Source: Eledone cirrhosa
Taxonomy: Eukaryota
Reading direction: 5' to 3'
Length of the DNA stretch: 64,000 bases
Assembly: GCA_964016885.1 (NCBI GenBank)
Contig: OZ024742.1
Location: 203,422,001-203,486,000 of the forward strand
The notes under the pieces were generated by a model. It did no database searches. It was not told the DNA's origin and worked only from the letters and a program-made list of their open reading frames with translations. Below are positions 27,336 through 41,314 of the stretch, in pieces (within the stretch, counting starts at the first letter, position 1; every line of letters begins with the position of its first letter). The position numbers and the translations under genes were made by a program.

Positions 27336-28450
27336 TTATCAGGAGCCCTCTGTGCCTCAGTTTGTATGCAACGTTTGTGACTGTATATGCCTTTCAGCGG
27401 CTAGCTATTCAAGTTATCTTAGTAAATATGCAGAAATACCATGCTTTGAATATGACCAAATTTAACATGTGATAAATCAGGAAGAGAATTTCGAAACAAG
27501 GCACGCAAGGCACGCAAAATACGTAATCAAGGTCCGTATCAGACTGAAGAGACAAATGATGATATTAATGCATTTCATGCAACAAAATATGTAAATCCCT
27601 AGCAAGTTTTAAAAACCATGCGGGACTCATAAACACCGATAGAAACACAATTGCCATCGATAGTCTTACTCGTCTAGCCAATCGACAGCCATATATATAC
27701 GTATGTGTGTATGTTCCATCTTGTGACTCTATTCAATATTCGATGTGAGAGGAAGAGTTTGTTTATCGCTGGATGATCTCTCAAGCCATATACGTAAACA
27801 TGCAGGAACATTAACATTTTTTTAAAAAGTTAGTTTAAAAATTTGTCTGAAGTCATCAAGTTCATGAGGGCCGTGCTTATCACTGGTTAAATTTTCCGTT
27901 GACGTTAAGCAACTGAAAGTATAAGACTCCCAACTGAACAGGGCACCTGTCCATCGTAGGGTCAACCCCCAGCTGCTGCTGCTCATTTTCAGCTGAGTGT
28001 ACTGGAGTCCAACGCAATAGCTATTAGGCCACATGCCTTCTCATTAGAATAAAATTCAAAAGATATGTCGTTTCTGTAAATGCAACTTACCTGTATTTCC
28101 CAATTTATAACAAAGTGTTTATTCGGGTTCATGAGTCGTAGACAAAACTCATAAATACATTTCAAAACGAGGATATAGAAACATGTATGTTTGTATGTAT
28201 AAAGGTAGGTATGCATGTATATATGTTTTTCTGGTTTTGTTTACTTATGTTTTAATTTCTCACCAATACAGAAAGAGCCGCTTACTAACAAAGAAACAAA
28301 ACTTTTGCACTGGAATTTATACAATATCAAATATGTAATTGTGTATGTACATCTGTATGTGTTTGTGTGTGCATTTGGATATTGATGCCATTGTATATGT
28401 GTATCTGTGTGTTTTGAGTTATATGTGCACATATGTATACGTTTATATAT

Positions 28451-28538
<88 letters not shown>

Positions 28539-28998
28539 GTGTGTGTGTGTGTGTGTAAAAGTTATAACAAAAATAATAAAAATAACAAAACAAACAGCTC
28601 AGTCCATTGAAGTTTAACGCTTGAAATAGCAGGAAAGGAATCATAACGTTTCGGACACTAGCCCTTTATCAGAAGATAGCTAGAAATACATATATACATG
28701 GGGGGGGGGGGGATATATGTGTGTGTGTGTGTGCAATTATTATTTTCCAGATTTCTGGAAAATATGTAAATGTGTCTATAAAAGTCACTAATTTAGTTTT
28801 GTCTGTCCTGTCTCAAAAACACAAGCGTTGTATTGGCATTTTGTAGACCGACAAATAGAATGCTTATGAAATATTCTTGCTGGGGCTAACTTTGCCTTTC
28901 ATCCTTTCGAAATTGATTAAGTACTAGTCTAATATTGAGAATCACACACACACATACACACACATACACACACATACTCTCTCTCTATATATATATAG

Positions 28999-29116
<118 letters not shown>

Positions 29117-29604
29117 TTATGCTATTTTTCGCATGATTTACACTAACTGAATTACTTTGCCAAAATCTGGGGTTATTCCTCTTGTGATTTCCACACGTGG
29201 TTTAACTTGCCACCGTGTCATTCACTTATTTGGTACAGAGCGAAATACCTGTTGATAACGTGATATTCCTTGTTCGATCATTATACCCAAAGCTTATATT
29301 TTTAAGCAGACTGTATTTTGATTTAGGTGTCACAGAAACTCTACATCGGATTTCAACAGCAATTCCGGGAGTCCAAGTCAGGTTATCATTTATTTATTAT
29401 CATTTATTTTGTTTTGACCTGTTTAGCTTAATTTGGTTTTTGGCTTGGGTGGTTAATGCCTTCTTGACCACCTTTTCCGTTTTGTATGGCTTCTTAACAC
29501 ATTGTTTAGCTCTGGTTATTAACTATTGAGCACTTTGCCAGTATCATTTCTGATTTTTGCATTTCGCTTCGCTTATCCTGCCCGCCGAAATGCGATTCTC
29601 GCTG

Positions 29605-29656
<52 letters not shown>

Positions 29657-29953
29657 TCTGGAGGGAAGGAAGGAAGGAATCACCTGTGATTAAACCTACT
29701 GATAGATGGGCTCCAGCAAGTTTAAATGCACAAGGTATACTGCTTGTATGCGACAAAGGCGCCCCTGCAACTTCCTTAAGAGTCTATTGGTCCTGTCAAT
29801 TGTTATGCTGCACACACACACACAATATGGTTATCTACCAGTAATCTGTTCCATATAACTATATTTTTCTTTTAGTACAAACTTAAAGTGGGGTCTAAAT
29901 AACTAAAACTGGCAGATGTCTCCATGTAGTTTGGTTCTGCTTTACTAAGGGCG

Positions 29954-30937
29954 TTATCTTCTAACATACAAGTATTTAAGGAACACGCCGAGTACTACGA
30001 TAACGCCCTTAGTAAAGCAGGCTACCTCAACAAAATAGAGTATATAGATGAGAACAATCAAAACACCCAAAATAAATCCCACATAGGTAGATATAATAAC
30101 ACAACACCAAACCACACTTACTACCATAGTATACACACCAGTAAACCAACAAACAAAACTAATAGAAAGCGATGCAAAGAGTACTTATGGTATAACCCTG
30201 AATACAATAGTTCCATTAGTACAAATTTACCAGTACTCTTCTTTAAAATAATTAAGAGACATTTTCCTACATCACACAAATACCACAAAATCCTAAACCC
30301 TACCACTATAAGACTGTCATACTCTACAGCGTTAAACCTTGAACAACACATAAAAAAGATCAATACTAGAAGGTTAAACGAAAACACTAAAAACTTAAGT
30401 ACAAAGAACACAAAAAAAACAGTAGACAATACACTACAGAACATAAATAAACCACACCTAAGTTCGTCCGCAATACTACTCCAGAGAAAACCCAACGTAC
30501 ACAACTGTAACTGCACCTATCCTGACAACTGCCCCCTCGGCAATAACTGCCTGGAAAAAAATATTATTTATAAGTGTACCATTAAATCCGGAGGCAACGA
30601 GTGGTATTACGTGGGATCAACGGCAACATCGTTTAAATCTCGATTATATAGGCATTCTTACTCAATAAAACACCAGAGCCAAAGAAATGTAACAACTTTA
30701 GCAGAAAAAGCTTGGACGCTCAGGGATAGCGATCAAAAGTTTACCCTAAAATGGGAGAAATTTGCTAAAACCCAAAGCTTTTCCAGGAGCCAAAATTTCT
30801 GCAAATTGTGTAATCTTGAGATCTATTACATAATCACACACAAGATGAAATTGCTGAATAACAGAATTGAACGAACATTTTTCTGCCGTCACCGAACTAA
30901 AACCCTTTTTTCCCACTACAAGCTGAATATTACATAA
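29954..30937 (+). pseudogene. 3' part of a Penelope-like ORF (RT thumb/linker plus GIY-YIG), 5'-truncated
   Basis: One frame appears open from LSSNIQVFKEHAEYYDNALSKAGY through LWYNPEY, KRHFP, RLSYS, CNC..CPLGNNCLEKNIIYKC, YVGSTATSFKSRLYRH, CKLCNLE and LLNNRIE..CRH. The ORF track shows only the part from 30611 because there is no upstream start codon. Confidence 0.88.
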
Positions 30938-31203
30938 AAGAGGGACATCCCCCCAACTATATAAACCTCAATCTAGTTAGAAAAATATAAAAATAATCTC
31001 TTCTCAACATATATATGTATATTAATAACCTTAAATTACCACACTAATAATGGAAAGATATGCTGATGAGAATAGGTGCAAATATGCTATAATGAATGTG
31101 TCTAAAAGCGATCATAAGTATGTATATATATGAGAAAAATGTGTAAATATATATATATGTTTGATGTGTATAGTTAGATGTAATTGCATTCATGTATTAA
31201 AGT

Positions 31204-31320
<117 letters not shown>

Positions 31321-31987
31321 GACTGGAGTATGTGTGTATATGTGTGTGTGTCTATACGTGTGTATATAAAGATAAGTTGAGTATGAAAATGTATACACAT
31401 GAACGCGTATGTATGTACATGTATATATGTATATATATATATGTATGCATGTGTATATGTATGTAAGTATGAGCATGTAAGTATGTGTATGTGAGTATAT
31501 GTATTTTGTAGAGGTGTGCATATATGTTTGTGTGTGAATGCGTGGGCGAAAGAATACGTACACAAAGAAAAATGTAAGTCTGAATGTTAATTAAGTGCAA
31601 ACACAAAACCAACCACGCATATCTATACTATCTCTAATCCTTCTATAGATTTTGAAAAATAACCAATAATATATTCTATAAAAATGTCAAAACAACAGAT
31701 GGGAATCTAATTACTCACTGCCACCAAAAATTCTCACTGCTATCAAAAAACCACTCCCTCAACTACTCTTCTAACAACTTCACCCCTCCCTCCTAATATT
31801 CTCTATAAAAACCAAACAGGTCCTCAGTAAAATTATTCCGATGAAATGACAGTTGATAATAACATTGAAATATTGAATGTCTGCATAACTAATACTTTGT
31901 AGATAGCAGCTGTTTTCAGGTTATGTAACTGTTATAGAAACACGTGTCAATAAATTCCTTTTAACTAAACTGTATCCATTAAAATCC

Positions 31988-32024
<37 letters not shown>

Positions 32025-32026
<2 letters not shown>

Positions 32027-32283
32027 AAAACAAGATGGCGTAGGACAGAACAAAGGAGAGGCACAAAAACAAAGAAAAAAATCCCCAGTCACTGAAGAGG
32101 TCACAGAATATGTGACGAAAGAACTTTGACAATATATGAACAATCATCTGGTTGTGGAACCAACCAACCAACCGGAAATTTATAAATTCCTAAATTTATA
32201 AATTTCATTTATAATAAATTGAAGTGAAAGCAACTGGTGCGTGTGTTTCTTATTGGCAACATGGCCCTCTCAAAGTATAACAA
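32025..32283 (+). mobile_element. Solo pLTR of the 17336-18373 Penelope-like family, with hammerhead at 32088-32130
   Basis: Near identity to 18124-18373; gtca CTGAAGA g gtcaca gaata tgtgac GAAA gaac TT tgac; TA flanks. Confidence 0.8.
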
Positions 32284-32907
32284 TATATATATATATATAT
32301 ACATATATATATGTATCTATATATGTGTGTGTGTGTATGCGCGCGAGGTACAGACAGAGAGACCAAGTGTATTTTATAGTGGTTCCTTTAATGTAGTCGT
32401 TATATAAAGAGTGTAGCCTACTTTAATAAGGAATACTCCAAACTGGGTTATTACTCAATCTGTGGCATATAGTGTTTATTACACTATCATGATATTTATG
32501 GCACAGATCTATTTATAGCTAGCTATTTCAGATTTTCTCTGAGAACGTCCCATGATCACCAAATTATTATTCCAACTGGACAAATGGGGTGATAATCTGA
32601 GGCTAACGGCTAACTCTTATTCCTGCATTAACATATAAATATATATTGTTAAACTCTGAACTATTACGCTTATGTATAACCTTTGTATAAGTACAAGTTT
32701 TTAGTTACCGCTCTAATCTGTAATTGAATCATCATAATTCAACTGCCGTAACAAACGGCCACAACACCTGAAGGTTCGTAGACTCCCAATAATAAGGTCA
32801 TAGATCCTATTTCTCAATCAGATGGCGCTTTTTTTCTGTGTAAAACGCTTCATTTTATGTTGGTTTTCATGATGGATCTGGGACTCTATCATTAAAACAT
32901 CTTAAAG

Positions 32908-33216
32908 CAGAGGCATGCAACTGGCGGCCCGCGGTCCACAATCCGGCCCGCCAGACCAGTCAGAGTGGCCCGCCATGGCCGTTTTTAATTTTTACCTTGT
33001 AAGCTTATTTAGAATTTTTTTCGTAACCATAATACAATTTTCTATTAGTTGACCTATACTAAAGGGCTTCACTGATAGGGTTATGTATGTTATGATTTCC
33101 CAGTTCCATGTTATGGAAAGAAGTTGTAGTGAATCTTTGGAATAGTGCTTAATGGCCCTAGTAGTTGTTCCAATGTTCAAAAGTGGCCCGCCAATGGAAT
33201 ATGTTGCACACCCCTC
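32908..33216. mobile_element. hAT-type MITE
   Basis: TIRs cagaggcatgcaac / gttgcacacccctc, subterminal ggcccg repeats, and 8-bp flanks tcttaaag / tcttaacg as a probable TSD. Confidence 0.75.
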
Positions 33217-34542
33217 TCTTAACGCCTCCGAGGATTTACAAACTCGTTACGGTCACTCAATGCTGTGGATGGGTGATTAGTCCTGGGCATAAGTAGAATT
33301 TGAACTCAGAACGTAACATGCTCAAACAGATACCATAAGTCATCTCGTTCGACACTATAATACTGGTAATTCCTCTAATTCACCGCCATGTACTGCCCCT
33401 ATATTTTATCTGTCCTGAATGGATGAAAGTTGATCTCGGCGCCATTTCAACTTGGATCACAGACAACCTGAACAAATACAACATGATGTTCTAGCTGACG
33501 CTCTAGCAACTCTGCCTTTCATCCTTTCCGGGGTCTATAAAATAAAATACCAGTTAAATACCAAGGTCGATATAATCGACTTTTCCCTCACCTCAAATTA
33601 CTGGCCTTATATTTGAATTAGAAATAAAATTATTCCCTTAACAATTCCTTGCGGTTGGCATAGAACAATAACATTTACAAATCCACCATTAGCATTTCTA
33701 GGCCTTCACAGTCTTATCTTCGGATTGAAGTAATACTGGCTTCTGTTGCTGCATCAGTATTGTATATAAGGCCAATAACGTTGGTGTAAACATTGCCAAT
33801 GGAATTTGAAAATGTTACCGTTAACAATCAAATGTTTATTTTTGCTTGTGATTAGTGTGTTATCAGCGTGTGTATTTTAGAAATGTGCTGTAACTATTGC
33901 TTTCCTCATTAACCGTCTATTTTTGTAAGGAATTCTGTGTAAGATATATGTGTTGTTAACTAATGTTTTACGTGTTATGATGTAGTACGTTGCAATTTCC
34001 CTATCTTGTATCTATATAGTGAGCCAGCAGCTGAGTATTGTAACCGTAGGTAAAGAAGTGTGTTTCGCAGTTATTAGCTACCGGTTCGATCTTGCTGTAT
34101 GGTGCGTAATATTGGGTTGACGAGAATTATGTGGAAGTCTGTCCGATGGATTATACCTCTAATTCAAAGGTCCAGTATTGTCACATAGTGCGTCACGCTG
34201 TTTCGAGTAGGGTGTTACATTAAGTGTGTATCTGTCTGTGGAATACTCAACCATTACTCGTTAATTCACGAGCTGGACATTCAAGTAAATTGCCAACCAA
34301 CAGCTGAAACCGACAGCTGACCAATCAGATCACATTGTATTGGTATGGATATTATAAGACCTACAGTCGTAAAATGTGCAGACTTTACTTTCGCAATCAC
34401 ATTAGTCATTAGTCATTAGTAGCTTGCTTGTGGGTTCCGTTCTCGTGATTTGTTATTGATAACAAGTTTGAGTTTTTGTAAGGTGTATTTATGTAAGTCT
34501 ATCGTTTGGAGTATATATGATTTTCCTATATATATATATATA

Positions 34543-34619
34543 TAACTAAGGAAGTGTGGTAAGGAACCAGATGGACCATAACGCACTAGAGTACTCAATA
34601 CTTAGGGTAGTAGAGTGGG

Positions 34620-34623
<4 letters not shown>
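34543..34623 (-). mobile_element. Tail-only fragment of the GACCCCGACGG family
   Basis: aaggaagtgtggtaaggaaccagatggaccataacgcactagagtactcaatacttagggtagtagagtgggtaa is the reverse complement of the family tail. Confidence 0.8.
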
Positions 34624-34687
<64 letters not shown>

Positions 34688-34771
34688 AGGAGGTGAGTTT
34701 TATTGTAGTACAATAAAGCAATGCAGATATCGGATAAGTAGCACTCTACAGTTTGTAGGACTGGAGTATAT

Positions 34772-35108
34772 ATAATAATATATAACATCAAAAGATGATT
34801 AAAAGAGTTCCATGTATTTTATTATGCGCATTTCAAAAACAAATATCATCATGCAATAACATTTGCGTTTTCGTCAGATAAAATAGGGAGACATGATATG
34901 ACGGTTAAAACGCACTTGTGAATAGTGCAGTTTTAAATCAACATATGTTGATTTAAAACTGCACTATTCACAAGTGTTTTTTAACCTTCATATCATGTCT
35001 CCCTATTTTATCTGACGAAAACGCAAATGTTATTGCATGATGATATTTGTTTTTGAAATGCGCATAATAAAATACATGGAACTCTTATAACCATCTTTTG
35101 ATGTTATA

Positions 35109-35117
<9 letters not shown>
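34772..35117. repeat. ~346-bp spacerless palindrome
   Basis: Centre acat|atgt at 34944/34945; the arms match with few mismatches. Confidence 0.92.
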
Positions 35118-35188
<71 letters not shown>

Positions 35189-35369
35189 TATAGATATGTG
35201 TGTGTGTGTATATGTATTGTGTTTATAAGGTGTATTGATATGAGTAAGAAAAATATCTATATAACTAACTATTTAGATATCTACCTGTCTGTCTGACTGA
35301 ATGTCTAATATATCTACCTGTCTATTTACCTATATATCTATCTAACTACCTAACTATTTGTTCTATCCA

Positions 35370-35547
35370 CGGGGTGTAAAACAACCCTGCAGTAACGTTA
35401 CCCCTTATTGGGGATTTCCATTGTTATTTTATTATATATATAGTTTATTGTTATTTATTAATGTTAAAGTTATTTTTATGTAAAACCCCCGCCGTCACGT
35501 CTTGTAATGTCCCCTTTTTGTACGTCCCTGTGACAAATAAAGAAAGA
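35370..35547 (+). mobile_element. Diverged 3' end of a Tx1-like LINE
   Basis: cggggtgt, ttattgggga, tgtaaaaccccc and ccctgtgacaaataaagaaagatat parallel the 3' UTR at 41010-41202. Confidence 0.5.
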
Positions 35548-35598
35548 TATATATAACTATCGAACTGTTAGTCTATTTATTTACTAAAATAAATCTAC

Positions 35599-35666
<68 letters not shown>

Positions 35667-35884
35667 CTGGGATGGACACACGCGTATAACTTGCTGAGTA
35701 AGTTCTGTTTAAATTTCTATAGAAATTCTTGTCTGTTAACTTTAATTTTTGTACCATTTTGTAGAGGGACTGCCAGGTCAAACTTTGATCTAGTCAGTCT
35801 CTCAAAATATTCTACGCCTTTAGGCGAAATAGTTAAACCAAAAAAAAAAGTTTTTTCTTGTTGAAAAGTCAATATTTTTTTTAA

Positions 35885-37584
35885 ATGGCCGAAGCTTCTT
35901 CACCAAAATTCGAAGGAGGAAAGGGGAAGATAAACTTACAGCTTCTCCCTGCCACTGTCACATTAGCAGAGGTCAAGAAGAAAGGTCAGCCAGAGGAAGA
36001 ATTCTCTCCACCTGTTAATCAACAACTTGACGTTGTCATGGCAACAACCCAAAGAACCAGCGGCACCAGCAACAGCAACAACAACAACAATGCGACGGAC
36101 GAAAACAACACCAATAACAATAACAACAACAAGACCAATAACGGTGACAACAACAACAATGATAACAACAACACCACCAACGACAACAACAACACAAACA
36201 AACAAAATTTCTCCTTTGCCGAGACGACAAGGAAAACCCTCGACTATCTGCCAGTAGATATAACCAAAGCGAAGGAGCTACTGGCAGATGCGAAAAAATA
36301 TATAGTGTACGGAGAAAATGGTTCATTCACAATCCCCCCCCCCCACCCCCACCCCCCCGGAACTAAAAAGCCAGAGACTCCTAAACACGGTCATGTTTAG
36401 GACAATCTCGAACAAAAGTAAAAAGCCAGCTCAACCATCACAGAGTGAGATAGAGCTGGTTTTAAAAGAAGGACATCACCTTCATTCAGAAGGATAGACT
36501 CTACGGGAGTCTATCCATTCTCATGAAGGACAGGGACACAGCAGTGAAACTGTCCATCAAACCAATCACATCCACCGCATACACCTTCTACCCTACGTAC
36601 ATGGGTAGAAGAACACAAAAAATAAAAATCCACACCATCCTGCCGATTATGGACATATGGTGGGTTTTGACAGGTTTCCTGGACCTGGAGGATGACATGC
36701 TGGTGTCCATGGGAAAGGCATCGGGTGACGCGTTCAGTGGAACGAGCCTCGAACTTGTAGTTCAAATGAGGCCCGAAAGGATCGCCCAGATCCCTGAACG
36801 CGTCATACTGGATGATCTATCCTTCATCAACATTACCGTTGAGGGTAGACGGCCCTCGTATTACCTCTGCGGAACCAGAGGTCACCTGAGGGCTGTCTGT
36901 CCCCAACTTAATAAGAAAACCCCAATCCTGCCTACACCACCAACAACTGCACAACCAACACAATCACCACAACTACCACTACAAAAACAACCACCACAGC
37001 TCAAACCAAAACAAAACAATGTCCAACCCATCCTCTCCACTCAAAAAACAAAAACAATTTCCAAAACACCCGCACCGCAAACACAACCCGAAAATATACC
37101 CCTCCCATCCAACGCGGAAGATGACCCTAGTTCGTCGTCAGACGAGGAGGAGCACTTCCACACAATCAAAAGAAAAAAAAGAAAACACACCTCAGACACA
37201 CAAATGAAAACAACCCCTCCCCAAAACATGACACTGACACCAACACAAAAGAGCTCACAACAACAGCAAACAAAAAACACCACACAAAAACAAAAACATG
37301 CATACACATACATAAACACAAGAAACAAAAAACTGTTAAACATTGTGTACAACAACAATCTAATAAAAACACAAGGGCCTAACTTCACCCAGGCAGGGGA
37401 TTTCCCCCACCTCAAAATGATTAAGGCCCCACAGGACACCTATAAAACTTTAAAAAACAATTTTAAAGAGGACGTGGGTCCCCCCTGCGTCGGGCCCATT
37501 AACCGCGTCCTCCTAAAAAAACTACCCCACCCCCTCCCCAAACCCCCACACAACTCCAAGCTCCCCAACCACACAACACACTGA
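35885..37584 (+). pseudogene. LINE ORF1 (gag-like), interrupted between ~36340 and 36520
   Basis: ORFs 35885-36400 and 36523-37584; ITVEGRRPSYYLCGTRGHLRAVCP is a degenerate CX2CX4HX4C knuckle; low-complexity N/T/Q/P tracts. Confidence 0.75.
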
Positions 37585-37705
37585 TGCCCCTACACTTCAA
37601 CAAACCACCACCCCACCCAACAACCCATCCCCCACCCTAATGGAAATTGTGCAGCCCGATACCCGGGACGCAGAGAGGTAAGTGCCTTTTCTCTTCACCA
37701 CCAAC

Positions 37706-40700
37706 ATGGCTATGCTAAGAGTAGGCTGTTTAAATGCGCGTGGCCTGGGCTCAACTTGGAAGCAAGCAATGCTTCTAAATGACCTCAGGTCACAACGTAT
37801 AGATGTGATGGGTATTTGCGAGGCCCGGATCAGCAACGTGCGACAGCTGGCCCCCACCTTTGATGACTTTGAGATGCACGCATCTCTGTCAGCCCGGAGG
37901 TGGGGGTGGAGTTGTCGTTCTGCTGCAAAAACATCTGGGTCTCGCAACACTACTACGTAGGGGCCTGCCTCGATAGAGAGGGGTGTAATAGCCTCAAAGG
38001 GTTAATCGGTCGATTTGACCTGGCCGATAGATATCGACTAGATTTTCCGACTGCGCCAACCTGGACTTGGGCAAATCGTAGCGGATCATCTAGGTCGTAC
38101 CTAGATAGGTTCTTAGTTAGAATTAAGGATAAGGACTTTTTAAGTTGTCCAAAAATGCGCATGGTTGGCTATTCAGACCACAAATTAGTGACCTGCATGG
38201 TCAACCTTGACAGAACTCATAGACAGGGACCCGGTTACTGGAAGCTCAACTTGTCCTTACCGGCAAGTAAGGCTTACAGGAACCGGATTAGCACTTTAGT
38301 TAAGGAGCGGTTGACGGGCGCCATCGTCAACAGCAGGTGGTGGGGATCTCTCAAAAGAGAGATTAGAGTAGTCTCGATAGAATTTAGTAAGGAGTTAGCC
38401 TCAAATAGAAATAGGAAGGAAAGGGAGTTGGTAGATAGTGTAGAAGAGGCAATTAGAAGCGGCGACGTGGCCAGAGTGCTAGCGTCGAGAACGGCCCTGG
38501 GCCAGTCCTTCGACGCGAAACACGAAGGCTGCATCGTCCGAAGCAAAATACGTGCTCTGGGAAACGAGGGGACCAAAGCTGTTAGCTGGGCCCGCGTGAC
38601 AGAAGCCAAAAGATGGGAGCAGATCCACTATCCGGTCTTTGCGAGACCAGGATGGACGGGTGATCCTTGAACCTAAGCAGATGTGCGAGGCTTTTCAAAA
38701 GCACTTTGCCGGATTGTTCGGAAGGGGCGGGGGGCCGGTTGGAGACGTAGACTTCGGTCCATACCTCGACGGCCTGCCGCGTCTCTCGGACAGGGAGGCG
38801 AAGTCCTGCGAGGAGCCGATTTCAGCCGCTGAGATAGAGGACGTGCTGAGCCAATGCGGCAAACGCAAATCCCCGGGTCTCGATGGTCTTCCATACGAAC
38901 TATATCTAGCTATGCCGGACTTGTTCCCCGATCTCCTCGAGGCGGTCTACTGTAACTGGCAACAGAACGGGAGAATTCCCTGTGCTGTGACCAAGGGCGT
39001 AGTCACGATAGTGAGGAACAACGAGAACAAGGGAGACGATATAAATAATTTCAGGCCCATAACTCTGCTAAATACAGAGTTACAGGTTTTGGTCAAGGTG
39101 CTAGCAAAGAGGTTGGCGCTTGTCGTGGGCAACCTGGTGGGAGATGCGCAGACATGTGCTATCCCGTCCAGGTCCATCCACGATAACCTCCACCTCATGC
39201 GATACATCATAGAGAGGGTTGGGAACGAACCCGGCTTTGGTGGGGCCCTGATCAACTTGGATCAATCTAAGGCATTCGATAGGGTCGACCATGGTTACCT
39301 GGATGCGGTGCTAGCGGCGGCAGGCTTCGGACCCGTTTTCAGGGGCTGGATCAATGCCATGCACAGCAGCCGCATCTGCTCTAGGGTCAAGGTGAACGGC
39401 TACCTCTCGGAGCCGTTCGAAATCGCGCGGTCCATCCGACAGGGGTGCCCTCTCTCCTCCCTTCTGTATGTAATGACTCTAGAGTCACTGCTGCGGAAGT
39501 TGGAGTTGTTGCAGGGCATCCCGTTGGAACCGGGATTGCGGAAAGCGGTGTCAGCCTACGCCGATGACGTAACAGTAATGGTGTCGACGGCCTCGGAAAT
39601 CAGGGCGATCGGCACCTTACTGGAGGAGTACGAAAGGTTTACAGGGGCTAAGCTGAACCGTGACAAGTCGATCGGTCTGCAACTCGGCACGTGGAGGGGC
39701 AGATCGATGCCCTCCGATGGCGTCGTCGGGCGCTGGACGGAGGGCCCGGTGAAGTTGCTCGGGGTCTGGTTCGGACCAGACCTCCAGGTGGAGAAGAACT
39801 GGGGTGAGGTGACGAACAGGGTGTTTGCACTGACCCAGAAGTGGGCCGAGTGCAAACTGTCCCTGAAAGGACGGGCGGAGGTGGCGAACACTTATATAGC
39901 GTCCGTCATCTACTAACGCCTGACCGTTGTGCCTTGCCCAAGGGAAACGCTCGCCAAAATGGAGCGCGCACTCTTCCAATTCCTTTGGAAGAAGCGGGCT
40001 CCTATGGTGAGGAGATCCATCTGCTGTCAACACCCTTCGAAAGGAGGGCTGGGGATGCCGTGGCTAATGATACGTAAACACGCATTAAGGCTACGGCACC
40101 TTCAGGTATTCCTCTCCGATCAACCGGTGTGGGCCCCGTTTGTGAGGCGAGCCTTTCCCAGACTCGTCTCACTCACCGAGCTGCAATCCTGGGTCAAGCA
40201 AAGACCGAGAAAACTGGGCGCCTGGCACACCGAGTGTGCCCAGGAACTCACGGCTCTCTGGCAGGCGGACCCGGCTGTCAGTGGAGAATCCACCTCGTCA
40301 TTCTATAGAGGGCTGGTGGTTAGCAGGTGCGACGACGCCCTCTGAGAAGCCCTAGGCATGGAGGAAGACGAACTGGCCAACCTGTTCGTTAGGACATTCA
40401 GCCCGGGACCCATGGATAACTTCCAGAGGTCCCTGGCCTGGCAATGCTACAGAAGGGCTCTGCCCGTTCGAGAAAGGCTCTACAGACACGGGCGCCCGGG
40501 TAGGGACCCATCGAAAAAGATCTGTCTCAGATGCGTGTGCGACGAGGAAACCGTTGCACACGCATTGGTACACTGCTCGGGCATTGCCGATCTGTGGGGT
40601 TATGTCGAACAACTGCTGTCAAGGGTGGGACCAATCCGGTTGACCACCGAGTCTATTGTAACGATCAAGCCGCCTCCCCTCTTCAAAAACGAAGGAGAGG

Positions 40701-40939
40701 CGGTGTTTCTGTGCGTAATAGACATGGCGAAAGAGGTTGTATGGTGGACGCGTCTGAAAGGACTGAGGTCAGACACCTTTCTCTCTGGCCAACAACTGGT
40801 CCGTTTCTTCCGATATCATTTCGGAAGAAGGATCAGGATGGAGAGAGAGGTGCTGCACCCCAGCCGTTTCTATGAAAGATGGGTGAAAGTGGCGAGAATG
40901 GCCCGTGTGAATGGGCCTTCACTCTACATCAGACTATAG
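37706..40939 (+). pseudogene. LINE ORF2: AP endonuclease plus reverse transcriptase plus C-terminal CCHC, disrupted
   Basis: Motifs CLNARGL, SYLDRFLV, SDH; SPGLDGLPYE, RPITLLN, DQSKAFDRVDH, RQGCPLS, YADD; CLRC..ETVAHALVHC. In-frame stops end at 39916 and 40345, a frameshift lies near 38615, and the middle of the endonuclease appears deleted near 37945. Confidence 0.93.
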
Positions 40940-41203
40940 GTGAGGAAGATGAAAGACCAAGGGAGCACCCCTTCTCTGTGCTCCTGAGGAGAAGGGTTGC
41001 ACACTTTTTTCGGGGGTGTGTGCGACCCCCCAAGGCGCCTCCTCTCTATTGAGGACTTTGTTATAAATTTTATTTTTTGTCATATTTTATTTTATTTTTA
41101 TATATTGTTATTGCCTCCTCCTTATTGAGGACGCCTTGTTTTGTAAACTCCCCCCATTGTACTTGTCCCACTTTTGATGCCCTGGTGGCAAATAAAAGAA
41201 ACA

Positions 41204-41258
<55 letters not shown>

Positions 41259-41314
41259 ATATATATATATATCTTTCTATCTATCTATCTATCTAGCTAT
41301 CTATTTACATAACT

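Larger units (their letters stand above)
35668..41202 (+). mobile_element. Near-full-length Tx1/L1-like non-LTR retrotransposon inserted in (TATC)n
   Basis: ORF1 with zinc knuckle, ORF2 APE-RT-Cys/His tail, and a 3' UTR ending aataaaagaaac; (TATC)n on both sides. Confidence 0.93.

Noticed and set aside
36032-36045. X-box-like GTTGTCATGGCAAC
   Set aside because: A single motif inside LINE ORF1 coding sequence with no independent support.
40343-40345. In-frame TGA in LINE ORF2 as programmed readthrough or selenocysteine
   Set aside because: ORF2 also has a TAA stop, a frameshift and a deletion, so decay is the simpler explanation.
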